NCBI GenBank assembly: GCA_028534125.1
Contig: CM052825.1
Coordinates: 434,001 to 498,000 of the forward strand
Length of the DNA stretch: 64,000 bases
Source of the DNA: Lama glama
Lineage: Eukaryota
Direction: 5' to 3'
The first letter of the stretch is position 1. Each line of letters opens with the position of its first letter. The position numbers were made by a program, and so were the translations under genes. This document shows positions 12,901 through 24,720 of the stretch, piece by piece. Under the pieces are notes generated by a model, which had not been told where the DNA came from, did no database searches, and saw only the letters and a program-made list of their open reading frames with translations.

Positions 12901-13117
12901 GTTCCAGACCTGAACCACGAGAAGACTCGTCTCCCTGGCTTAAAAAGCAAAACAGAACAAAGCGAACACCTGCTCTCCTGGTGGTGTCTGAGCAGGTGTT
13001 GGCACTGACATCTTAGGCAGGCAGGGTGTGTGCTGGGCTGACCCAGCGTTGTGTGCTCCACCTCTAACCGCCTGCATTGCTTTCCCGCCTCCTGCAGTAT
13101 GAGCTGAGACGGTGACC

Positions 13118-13194
13118 ATGGACTTCTCTCGGCTCCACACGTACGCCCCTCCGCAGTGTGTGCCCGAGAACACCGGCTACACGTATGCACTCAG
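13118..13194 (+). CDS. SUN1: SUN1 coding exon 1 (exon starts 13098): MDFSRLHTYAPPQCVPENTGYTYAL
   Basis: Acceptor CCTGCAG|13098; Kozak ACCATGG; donor CAG|GTGAGC; matches the SUN1 N-terminus. Confidence 0.97.
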
Positions 13195-13478
13195 GTGAGC
13201 ACGCGTGCGTGTCAGCGCGGACTTGCCTGTGTGTGCTCCTGACTGCCGCGAGTTAGTGGGAGCTTGCTGGTGCTTGCAGCCACTGTTCTGGGTTGAAAGT
13301 GGAAATACCCGTGAATTTGACCAAATGCTGTGGCTTTACAAAACTGCCAAACTGGTGTGGAAATTGTGAGGTGGTTCTGAAAACTGAACGTTTCTGATGA
13401 CTCAGTGATGATTCACGCAAGTGAATTACTGTTTTAGGCTCCACCCAGGTGGCTGTGGTCTCAAGAATACATCCGTGT

Positions 13479-13500
13479 GGTTAGGGTTAGGGTTAGGGTT
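13479..13500 (+). repeat. Short interstitial (TTAGGG)3 telomeric-type repeat
   Basis: GGTTAGGGTTAGGGTTAGGGTT read directly. Confidence 0.9.
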
Positions 13501-14369
13501 TTGTGATTTAGATTAATGGTTGAGTATTTTAAAGTTAGCAGAAATAACCTGGAAAGGACTTGCCTCTGAGTGGAGGCGTCATGAACAGAATTTCGAGGAA
13601 GCCCAAGGTGTAAAGCGCATCACTGCTGTCAGACACGGCGCTGAGTCTCCTGCTCTAATTTATATCCTGAGGAGGGGGCTGCGGCTGAAGGCTTTGAGCC
13701 TCGGGAGTTGTCGACTTGCTCTCTGCCTTTCTCGTCACCAAGTAGGGTGACTGACGTGAAGCTTCAGTGTTACAAAGTCGTGGGCCAGTATCACAGGAGA
13801 AAGCGCGGCCGGGTTGGTGAGTGAGTGCCTGGCTGTTAGAAAACCTTTGCCTCCTGGCAAGACGCTTAGAGCGCACAGGGAAAACACTGGTACCTGTTTG
13901 ATCAGTGGCCTGTCTTCTAAAGGGTAAAAATGTAATTGAAACCTAAAGAAATTTGAAAGGCATTTTAAGAAAGAAAGTTTTTTTTGGTGGGGAGGTAATT
14001 AGGAAGAAAGAAACTTTTCAACAGTGTTGGTCAAATCTTACATTTGATGATTCATTTTTCTTCACAATTTTAGACCGTGTTGCACATTCCATAGTAACAC
14101 ACTCTGCTTTTGTTAAAAAGCCCTGTAGTAGTTTAGAACAGAGTGAGTGGGCCAACTCAAGTACAACTATTCCTTATTCTGTATTGTGGAGCATAAAAAA
14201 ATTAATGATAATTCTTGGTAATTTACTTTCAGCTTTTGCAACCCATGCGAGATGTAGGTTTTGCTGCGTCTGTCTGGGCCTCTCGGTGGGAAGGCAGCTG
14301 CGTCAGTTTCAGCAGCTCTCCCTGCAGGCGCGCGGGCAGGCTGGGGTGGGGAGATGGGAAGTCGGGGCT

Positions 14370-14480
14370 GCTCTGGGAAGCCATACTGTAGTTGAGGGTA
14401 GTGGGGAACCAGTGAAGGGTTTTCAGCAAGGAGTAGCGTGCCCAGGTCTGCGCTCAGGTGTCTGTTGTGGTGTGGAGAAC
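14370..14480. mobile_element. L2-like fragment
   Basis: GGGGAACCAGTGAAGGGTTTTCAGCAAGGAG...TGTGGAGAA resembles L2 consensus. Confidence 0.45.
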
Positions 14481-17400
14481 GGGGCGGGTGCTGTTCAGGG
14501 ATTGTTGGCGGCACATAGGTATGCCACGGTGGGCCCAACCAGGGCAGGGATTCCGGGGGTCAGTTGGGAGTCCTGTGGAAGCGGGGGTGAGGGAGGAGGC
14601 ACGGTGACATTCACACTCTGGGTCGGGCAGCCGGATCGAGGCACGAAGAGGGGAGGTTGGGGACTAGGTACCAGGAGAGCCCATGAGACTTAGAGGCTTA
14701 GAAGAGACGTGGCTGCCAGGTCTGGTCTGGTCATCAGCGTGTCCTGATAGGATCGCGAAAGCCCCATAGGGGCTGGGGCGCTGGGGCCCACAGAGCCCAC
14801 GGAGACGCAGGAAGCTCGAGGGCTGTGTGCAGCCCGGAGTTCCAGCTGCAGGAGGCCAAGCCTAGAGGTGGGGTGTTGGGCTGCAGACCAGCGCCTTCAT
14901 TCTCAGCCGCAGGCCTTGCCCAGCAGTGTCCAGAGACAGACCCGCCCCTGCTCTGTCCTCCTGCGTCTCTACACCCTGCCTCTTCTTTGAGGCCTCTCTC
15001 TGGCGTCCAGCTCCAGGGGAAGCTTGTCATCCTGGAGTCTGGGCTTCCCTGTGGCCCTCTCCCTGCAGCCCTCGGGCCGCCTGGCCAGCTGAGTGTGTCC
15101 TCCTCCCTCCGTTGTCCCCCCAGACCTTCCCCTTACTAATGAACTCCCTGCTTTGAGCCGCTGGTCTCACTGCTACCTGGGTGGGCCCCTCGCCCGCGTT
15201 TCTGGTCACTCTGCGCCCTGGTTGGCCGCCCTGGTCTTCATTCTCAGCAATTCCAGTAAACACGCAGCGGGCCCTTGAGCAGCCCGGTCCTTCCGTTTCT
15301 CTCACTGAAGTGTCTTTGCACTGTGGACAGCGTCACTTGGCGTGGAAGCTTGGAGAATCGTTAAGAGCCCCTCTGCCTCTCCCGCGGCTTCAGCAGTTTG
15401 CGGCACTTGGTCTGCCACACCAGTGGGTTGTTTTGAACCAAGTCTCTGAAGGAGAATGATATTTTTAAGAACAACTAGCTAGAATACCAGGTGTCGAGGG
15501 CCCGAGGGCTGGGAGTGGTGACGGAAGTGAGGAGTAGAGAGTCTGGGACGGGACCATCACACACTTTGCCGGGCAGCCAGGCGTGCTGGGCTGGACACAG
15601 AGGAGGTGACCTCACCCCAGGAGCTGCCGTCCAGAGCCGCCCAGGAAGAGCAGTTGGGCTCCTCCGCTGAGAATGTCCATCCGGCCGCTGGGACCGAAGG
15701 CCAGCGGGGCAGGGGAGGGCAGCCGGGGGAGGCTGTGGTGGTCAGCGGAGCAGGGATCCCGGTGAGGCAGGACGACTGCGGCCAGAGGTCCCGGAGGATG
15801 GGTGGAGGGGGCCTGGTGTGGGTGGTGGAGGCCAGGACGTCAGAGGGCCGGGGCTGGGCTTCTGTGCTCAGATCAGTGGTGCTGTGAACCATAGGGGTTT
15901 GGTCAGACGCGTAGAACTGTCACTGTGTGTGACTTGCTTGCCCGCACGCCCACTCTCAGTGACCGGGCGACTCCTCGAATGTGTCCCCGGATCCAGCATC
16001 GTTGGCAGCCCGGGCTCCACTTGATGGCTTGTTGCTGCCTGCTGTCCATGTCTGTTTCTGGGTTTCACCTGAGGCAATTTTTTTTCACTCTTTTAATTAA
16101 AAGTGCATGAGATGCAGACAGAGGCTCTGGTCACACTGGAAGGAGCACAGTCAGGTCCGTGCCCCTCCCCATGGATGCTGCTGGTCTCCCCTGGGCGCTG
16201 AGCACTGTGCAGCTCAGGGTGCAGGTGCCCGTGGCCCCCCTCATTTCAGCCCCAGGGCAAACGATGGCCACCGGTTTGCAGAGAACCTTCCTGGTGTCTC
16301 CCGTGCTTTTATGCATCTGTGTGTGTCGGACGTGGCTTCATTTTGCAGTTTCTTTAACACGAACAGAGTGAGGCTGGAGTATCGCTTTTTCCATTTAACA
16401 GCACATCTTGGCAGTCTCCCTGTCCCTGTGAGCATCTAGATCTTTGTTTTCTGACGGCCTTGTCCCACACAGCACACGTGGGCCCCTTTGCCTCTCCGCC
16501 CCATGGGTGGGCGTCTCTGGAAAGCAGCAGACTGGCTGTGTCCCGGGGCCCCTTCTGACCAGACTGACACGTACGGGAACACCCTCTGGTGGCGGAGGCA
16601 TCCCAGTCGTGTTGGGAAGCCGGGGCCCCGTCTCCCCTGCGCTGGTGCTGATGTGTTCCCGGCGCGGGCCAGCGAGTCTTCTCAGTGGCCTCTCCGAGAC
16701 ACGCCTGGCTCGGCCTGGACAGCAGCCAGCAGAGCTGCACTGCACTGTCCTCTCTGGACGCTCAGGGCTCGTCAGTGCCTGTCCTTTAATCCCAGCCCGG
16801 CTTAGGAGGGAGGTGGGGCGGGGCTTGGTCCACACTTGGCCTTGAACTCAGTGTCCTCGCTGTTTGTTCAGGGTGGCCCCTGCTCCAGCCTCTGAAGTTA
16901 AGAACACTTTCCTCAAGTTACCTGTGCTGTTTCAGATGGGTGTGATGGCTTGAAGCTATCTGTATTAATTTACTGTTGGTTTGGTTTAACCATTTTAAGT
17001 GTCAGATCTAGTATATAAAGAATTTGATACTGAAAATATTTTTATAATGTAAAATAAAAAGCAGAAATGTTCCTAAGCCCACTCACTTTCCTAAGATATT
17101 CCCGGCTCACGCCACACTCCCCACCTCCTGCAGAGGCGCCAGGAGCCCCGGGGGCCCCTCCTGCCCCGGGCTGCCCCTCCATGGCCGCTCCCCTGACCCT
17201 GTGCCGCAGGTGGAGTCTGGCTGCTGCCCAATCCCCCTCACCACCTCCTCCCCACGGCGCCTGTGGCCTCTCCCTCCCTCTCCCCCGCTGGGCAGGGGGT
17301 GTGCCTGTGGGCAGTATCCTTCACGGCTTGAGTGAGGGGTGCTGTGTGGGTGGCCCCTGCCCCTGGAGCTGCGAGGCGGGTTCTGACTGCTGTTTCCTGA

Positions 17401-17962
17401 TGAGGGGAGCTTGCTGACAGCTCGGAGGGGTGCGTGTTCAGGGTAAGGTAACCACATGGAGGCAGCCAGGCGGCTTGTCTCTGGCTTTGTGGCGAGGCAG
17501 GCGCAGAGCAGCGGTGGTGGTTCCCCCACCTGTTTTTCCTTTTCTCCTGCCGTCGGGTCATTCACCAGCTCACTGGGGAGCAGACTGAGGGTCACCGGTG
17601 GTGCCTGTCTCCTGAACTGCTGTGTCAGCCAACGTCTGCAAGTAGATGGCTGACTTTTAATGATGTTGACCTGGTGCCGCGTCGGTGGGGATTCTTGTGA
17701 GTTGAGTGAGTCCTCACGCAGCCCTGGGCCAGCTCTAGACAGGACGCCGGGCAGCCCTTTCACAGGTGCTGTGCTCAGAGCCGGTGTCCGGAGCGTCATT
17801 GTGGTGGGGGCCAGCCTGCTTTTGGTCTGTAGAAAAGCTTCGGTGGTGATGGCTGTTTTTAAAAATCACAGTAGATTGCATGTTCTGTTCATTATGTCTT
17901 CAGCTTGTTTTAAAAGTGGGCTGGAAGCAGTGTTTTATCTCTGAGGGTTTTTTTCCTTCTAG

Positions 17963-18112
17963 TTCAAGTTATTCTTCTGATGCTCTGGATTTCGAGATGG
18001 AACACAAATTGGATCCTGTATTTGATTCTCCAAGAATGTCACGCCGCAGTTTGCGCCTGTTCACCACAGCACATGCCACCGAGGACGGCCCGGCCGGGGA
18101 CAGAGGGGCCAG
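17963..18112 (+). CDS. SUN1: SUN1 coding exon 2: SSYSSDALDFEMEHKLDPVFDSPRMSRRSLRL...
   Basis: TTCTAG| acceptor, CAG|GTGAGC donor, 150 nt, phase 2-2. Confidence 0.96.
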
Positions 18113-19558
18113 GTGAGCGTGCTGCCGTCCCTGCCACCGGCACTCCAGCATAGGGAACCTAACACTCAGGCTCTCCACCCGGTCAGGGCGGCGCTCTGGA
18201 ACCTGAGGATATGTAGGTGCCCACGCAGTCACATGGAAAGTCACAGCTTTGCTGTGAATGAAGATGGAGACCGGGGTTGGGACGTGCGGGGATCTGGTGT
18301 TGACAGTTTCCACGTTCTCTGCTCACAGAAACTGCAGAGGGCCGCGGCCGCCTGTCACGTGGACACAGCTGCACGCACAGGGCCAGTGTCCGCAGCTCAT
18401 CCTCGTGGCAGGCCCCGAGCTGCCCTAGCAGCGTGGACGCACGGAGTCTCACTTCACATGTCGCTGCAGATGGTCTCTGGGTTGTTAATGCTTTGCGCCT
18501 GCTTGTCAAAGTCTTTGTGAACTGACAGAGCATGCGTGAGGTTCAGCTGTTACCTTGTGTCTGTGACTGTCCTGTTCACTTGATTTCTGACGTCTCCGTG
18601 TCCTCATCACCTGTTTGTCCCCAGGAAGGAGCAAGAGTGAGCAAGATCTCTTGTCATTCAGAGATATAAAGTCACAGCTAAGAATGATGTGTTTCCAGCC
18701 TGAGCTGTGGTCTCAGGAACGGGATGGTGGCCAGTGAGACAGGTGGGGACACTGACTTCAGGCCAGGCTGGGCGCTGGCATTGGTAGTGGTGCCCCCCCA
18801 GGCACAGTTCACGCATGCACCGCACGCAATGCAATCACCCGCAGGGTTGCGTTCGAGAGTGAGGCTCTTGGACCTCAGCCTTGGACAGTCCAGCTCCGAA
18901 GGTTCCTGACGAGCAGCTGAGCGGTGCGCTGTGGGGCCCCCAGCTGTCACGGGCCGGCTTTCTGTCCCCTGGGGCGAGGCACCTGGGACTTCGTGTCTCT
19001 GTTCCCTGCCTTTCGCCCACTACTTGCTCCCTGGAGGGCGGGTCTTCTGTCTGCCCTTCCGTCCTGCCTGCCTCGGTGCGGGGAGTCTCAGGCGACCGTC
19101 TCCCAGGGCTCTGTCATCCTCGTTTGTGCGGATTTGGTGCAGAAATGGATCAGATTACAAAGGAGCAGGCCTCTCCTTGATGTGCGTGTCGCAGGTCCGC
19201 CTTCCCTAGTGGCTGAGGCAGTGTGGGGTGGGTGTGTGCACGCGCTCATTTAAGGACGGGAGGGGCTAAATTTATAAACCGTAATTTTTAAATTTAGGTC
19301 ATTTTTATTCTTCAGTTATTGTAAGTTTGAACCGTTTTTGGGTCATGGGGCCCAAGTATCTGAAAACTACTCTGTATAATATGTAATTTTAGAAGGAGTC
19401 CCTGGAGCCCAGCCTAACAATCCCTTATTTAGGTTTATAGACGCTTCACTGCAGCAGAAAGGACATGCTGTTCTCAGGCAAAGGCTTGTGTCAGTGAAAT
19501 GTAGTCACCTGTGCTGGCGAGACGGGCTGTGAACTTGCTTCTCACTCCTTTCTTGTAG

Positions 19559-19725
19559 GACTGCAAGGCAGCGCCGGAGTGCGAACAAGCCGGTGCTGAG
19601 CATACACCACGCCTCCAGGAAGGCCCTGGCCTCGGCTGCCGGCCAGGGCTTCTCTAGCGGGGTGCGGCCGCCCGTGCTGGACGAGTCCCTGATCCGTGAG
19701 CAGACCCAAGTGGACCACTTCTGGG
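19559..19725 (+). CDS. SUN1: SUN1 coding exon 3: TARQRRSANKP...PPVLDESLIREQTQVDHFW
   Basis: TTGTAG| acceptor, GGG|GTGAGC donor, 167 nt, phase 2-1. Confidence 0.95.
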
Positions 19726-20607
19726 GTGAGCTGCTCTCAGTAACTTCTCGGGTGGTTCTGGGAAGAAGGGAGGTCGTGGCCGGGCTGTCCCTCTGCCCTC
19801 ACTGCGGGGAGAAGTCCCTGGAGGGGGAGGCTTTCCTCCGGACTAAGGTAGGAAGCGGGGAAGCTGCTCCCAGCTGCCGGTCCCCTGTTGCGATGTGGAA
19901 CGTCAGGTGGTCGGCGCGGCCCGGTTTTCTGGCTGCGTGGCCTCTGAGGGGTGTTGACGCAAAGTCGCTGTGAAGTTCACCGGCGTGATCTCAGGTTCAG
20001 GCGTCTCTAAGCAGCAAGCAGATGTGGTACTTTTGGCTCACTGGAAAGCATCCTGTGTAGGTGAATTGACGCTAGGAATCGATGTGGCTTGTGGCCTGAC
20101 TTGACTGCAGCAGTGGCAGGGTGGCCCCGGTCGTTGCTGCTGACGTGGTGGCCGCAGGGAGCCGAGGCGTCGGTGGGGACGCAGAGCTGCTTGCCTGTGT
20201 CCACTCGATGTTCACGTTGGCCTTTCTGGGGGAGATCCAAGGTCCAGATTAGTTCCAAAAGTTTTATGTGTGAGTCTGGGGAGCATCGGACTCATATGTG
20301 TTCTGTTTCGCTCGCTGGAAGAGCAGTTCCCAGGCAGTGAGGGAAGCTGGTGGTGAGGTTTCTGCCTGCTCTCCGCACACATGTGTGTGGGTGTCTGTAT
20401 TTTCTCCAGAGATGTGCTTTCACCTGGAACTGCAAGTATCTGCACGTATCTGGAGACATTCCTGTTCCAGGCCTTGTAGGAAATGAACCTTGACCGGTGC
20501 CGTGATGCTGATTTTTGTCAGCCGCTGTGACCTTCACGGCTGTGTGTGTTTTGTTCTGTTTTGATAAGTTGAGCTGAACAGCCACGATACGTATGTGTGT
20601 TTTTCAG

Positions 20608-20634
20608 GTCTTGACGACGATGGAGATCTTAAAG
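20608..20634 (+). CDS. SUN1: SUN1 27-nt microexon: GLDDDGDLK
   Basis: TTTCAG| acceptor, AAG|GTAATC donor. Confidence 0.95.
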
Positions 20635-20740
20635 GTAATCGTTTTGGTCCTGTTTCGTCCCTGCATTTTCAAGGTGGAAGTTTCAGTTAGGTGTCTGCAG
20701 ATTGTAATCATCAGGTCCGTCTGCTTTTTGAAAACTTCAG

Positions 20741-20926
20741 GTGGGAGTAAAGCTGCCCTTCAGGGAAATGGCGCCATGGCAGCAGGGCCGGCGGGGGCGG
20801 CCGGGAGCAATGGCTACACCTGCAGTGACTGCAGCCTCCTCTCCGAGCGCAAGGCCTCGCTCACCGCCTGCGCCGCGGCCCGCGGCCCGTCCTCGAGGAT
20901 TTACTCGAGGGACAGGAATCAGAAGC
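20741..20926 (+). CDS. SUN1: SUN1 coding exon 5: GGSKAALQGNG...GYTCSDCSLLSERK...IYSRDRNQK
   Basis: CTTCAG| acceptor, AGC|GTAAGT donor, 186 nt, phase 1-1. Confidence 0.95.
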
Positions 20927-23900
20927 GTAAGTTGGACTCTTTTAGATGTTAGAAAAAATTGTGTGTCCACATGTATCCTTTTCTTCTTACATGCCTGGTG
21001 TCACAGGCCTCAGTGTCTGCACTGTTTCTCCTATAAACTTGACCTCAAAGTGATGCTTTAAAAGTTGAAGAAATACGCCGAAAATTAGTTTTGTCCCTCC
21101 TTCAGCTTGCACTTTGTGTGGTGGTGCCCAGGAGTCTGGAATTGTGTGAGTGTGAACTCGGAGGGAGGGGAGGAACCTCACAGGGAAACGGAACCCGCTG
21201 TGCTGCGCGCACCTTCAGGGGCGTCCATGCCTTCTCAGAGCCGCACGGGCCCTGCGTGCTGGGGGTCGCGGCCCAGCCGCCCTTTGTTGTGACAGCGAGG
21301 CGGCCGGGGCCAAGCGCATGGGGCTGTTGGTGTGTCTTCTGGGGAAAAGTGTGGCTCTGCTGGTCTTTCTGGAAATTGGTCCCACTTTCCTGCTTAAATT
21401 GGTCTGGAGTGTTTTCGAGGAGAAAACAAGTTGTGTTTTTATCTGCTCGGGGCTTTTATTATCACTTCCCTGCTCTTTTAGATTGTGATAGTGACCTGTA
21501 GAGCCAGCACTCATTTATTACCTTTAAAAAACATTTCTGATTACTTGAGTAAAACATTTATCAGAGAACTTTGGAAAATCACCGAGATGTGTGAGGAAGA
21601 TTAAACTCTCCCGTAACCTGCCGCCGGGCTTTCTGTCGCACCATGGGGTCGCGCTGCGTGACTTTGTTATACAAAAGTGTTTGCTCAGAATACATGGAGC
21701 TTTTCACAGTCAAAGGCTAATTCCCACCCCGCATTTTCTTTCCTTTTGTTTGTACTTACATTCTCACTGTAAAACCTTTAAGTAGCACAGATAAGTTAAG
21801 TCCCCTGTCCAGTCTGCTTTCCCTTCCAGAGGGACCTGCAGCTAATCCTGATGGTCCCCTGTGGGCTCTCCTGCTCTCGCAAGTGAGGTGGGGGTCGTAT
21901 CATGCAAATCATGGGTGCTGTCCTTTCGGCATTTAGATGCTGCTTAATCTCGATTTTGTGGACCTAGGAAATGCAGAGCTGGTCCCCATCTTCACTTAAC
22001 TGCTGTCATGGTGCGCACAGGATTTTGCAGCTTTTTTCCTTTTATATGTTAGTTGAGATTAACTTCATTCTTTCTATTAGATTAGTTGCCTATCTAATAC
22101 TGCAGTTTTGGTTGTATATAAATTTATTTAATCAGTGTCTAGTTGGACATTCAGGTTCTGCTATTTGTACACTTTTAAAAGCAAGATTTCTTTGGGTGTA
22201 TTTCCCTGCACACGTTTGGTGCTTGCACAGATCTCTGGGACAGGCAGACTGGGTGCAGGACGAGCTTCGCCTTCCCCGGGCCGTGTGGCTGCCTAGTCTG
22301 CACCTTTGAGGTTCAGGTTGAGCATGTTCTTGACGAAACGTGATTTTCTGGTCCACATCAAAGAGGGTTTAAAAAGCTTCCACGCATTTTCCTTGGGACA
22401 TCCAACAATCCTCAACAAAGCAGATGCCGAGAGCAGATCCCGCTCTCCCAGGACTGGAGTCTGGGTGAGAAGCGGTGAGGTTGGGGACCCCACCCCCGTA
22501 GGACAGTGCCTCGCTGCCCCCAGCCTCCAGGCTGATGGTGCAGGAGGACCCAGGCTTCCGATCCAGACGGTGTCAGCTGACTCAGGAAAGATAGGTCGTT
22601 CCTTTGAAAAGTTGTCAGTGGTCTTGGGGGCACAGAGCAGGGTTTAGCTTATTGATCCCAGTCTTCAGAAAAGTAAGGACTGAGTGCCTGCTGCCCGGCA
22701 GGACGGGTGTGGACGGGCAGGCGTGGGGAGCCACCGAGGCGGATGGGGGTCGGCTGTGAGACCGAGGCAGCGGCGCCCAAGGGAGGAGCGCCTTGTGAGC
22801 ACGCTCTCCTGGGGAAGCCACAGTCAGCGGTTAAATGTGTGTATAAACTTTCCACCCAGCAGCTTCTAAATAAATAGTTACCACTGCTGAAATGAGAGAT
22901 TATGTACAGTTTCAGTTGAAAGAGATTCTTCAGTCGGCTTCCCCAGACCGCCCGGGGCTGTCCTCCTCTGCTCCGTGTGCTCCCACTAACCCTTTCTGTT
23001 TCTTCTCTTTTAAGGTGTTGCCGATATGATGAATGAAAAATGGGGTTTTGGTGTCTTGATTGTCAGTGAGACAGACCATGTGTTACCTCTTCTTAAGTTT
23101 TTCTACTTTTACCAACCTCTGTACACGGTTCACACCCCCGAGGAAGACACGGGGGTGCAAGGGCAGGAGCACAGGGTTGGCCCTGACCCCGGGGGCTGCT
23201 GCCTGGACAGAGCTCCCCTTCACTGGACGCCTACTCTTTCCTCAGGCCACTTGCAAAAAGAAAAGCTCTCATTTGATGTGTTTCAAACCGTTCTGCCTGA
23301 GACGTCTGCCGTCCCCGCCAGCCTCGAGCCCTGTTCTGCCTCACCAGGCTGACCAGGCTTGCCGGGCCGGGCTGCGTCTGAGAAGGCAGACAGCCCCCCG
23401 GCCTGTCTGCTGGCATCAGCTGTAGAAACAGGCCTGATTCTTTGTCTGCCATTTGAAGGAACTTTTGTTGAAGAACAAAAACTTCGAGCAACCGCGGCTT
23501 GTAGACTCAGCATACGCACTTCGGGGTCACAGGGGGGAAGTGTCGGGGGTCCCTCTGTCTCTCCCAAAGCCCGGGCCCTGATGAGTCAGGCCAGAGGGCT
23601 GCCAGGTGTTCTTGGTACAGGTGCTCTGTGGTTTAGCTGCCCCCTCACGCGGTCTTGTTCCTGTTTCTGTGTCCCTGGTCCCCTGGACAAACGCGGGAGT
23701 GGACGCCCTCATGAAGGCTCTCAGCCAGTAGCGCTTCCCAAGGTGGGGAGGGGGCGGAATTGCTGGGCCGCAGGTCGGGTGAGGGAGGCTGCTGGACAGC
23801 CTCGAAATGTTGTGTATGTGTAAACAGCGTCGGGTGAAGTGATCGCAAATGGGGTATTTTCTGGAACAATCCCACGAGAAAGACAGTGTTGACGGCTCTG

Positions 23901-24083
23901 CCCCTCAGGCCGTGCTGCCGCTGGTCACCGCGGCTCTTCCCAAGTTGGTGTCTCTGGTGTGGTGTGAACCACTTAGCAAGTTGGTTCTACCGTGCCCGAA
24001 ATGGGTGATTTGTCTGCCTGACCTGTCAGGGAGGAGGTATGGGCTTCGGGGGAGAAATAACTGTGTCCACGGTTTCTTGCTAG

Positions 24084-24266
24084 GCGGTGCCTCTCTCTGC
24101 GTGGACAGGATTTTGTGGCTGGCCAAGTCCTCCTCGTCATCTTTTTCTTCATTCTTAGTTCAACTTTTCCAAGTGGTTTTAATGAAGCTCAATTATGAAT
24201 CAGAAAATTACAAATTGAAAAGTTATGAATCAAAAGATCCTGAGTCAGAAAGCAATGAATCAAAAG
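24084..24266 (+). CDS. SUN1: SUN1 symmetric (likely alternative) exon: GASLCVDRILWLAK...FLVQLFQVVLMKLNYESENYKLK...ESK
   Basis: TGCTAG| acceptor, AAG|GTATTA donor, 183 nt; matches long SUN1 isoforms as I recall them. Confidence 0.9.
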
Positions 24267-24636
24267 GTATTAAATACTTTTTTCCTCTTTTTCCACCAAA
24301 CAGCACTCTAAGGGTGGAGAAGACGCTCTTTCCCCAGCTTGGCGCTGCGCCCACCTCCCCGCTCCGTCTTCACGGCCTTTCTCTGCTGCTTTCTGTGGGT
24401 CTCTGTCCGGGTGTAGTTCTGGAGTTTTCTGGAAGTCTGTCTTAAAGTTGCTTTTTAAGTAAAAAGTTAATGCACTCATCTTTTTTTATTCTTACTACCT
24501 TTTAAAAGCAAAAAATGTGTTTGAATGGTATGTAGGACAGTGATGTTTCAGAGCAGGTGCTCTGGTAGCGCGTGGCCGGCCTGGAGCCGCCGCCCGCTGC
24601 CCACGCCATGGCCCTCATGCCTCCTCGCTGTCGCAG

Positions 24637-24720
24637 GTCGTTCCAGGTCTGGCGGGAGAGCCCATGGGAGCCTGCGCCGCAGCGAGGACGGCCACCTGCG
24701 GGTGCCCGGGGCGTCGCTGT
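24637..24720 (+). CDS. SUN1: SUN1 symmetric (likely alternative) exon: RSRSGGRAHGSLRRSEDGHLRVPGASL
   Basis: TCGCAG| acceptor, TGT|GTGAGT donor, 84 nt; EDGHL motif of long SUN1 isoforms. Confidence 0.85.

Noticed and set aside
13953-14693. 246-aa ORF in a SUN1 intron
   Set aside because: Non-ATG start, crosses SINE-tail and L2-like fragments, no known homology.
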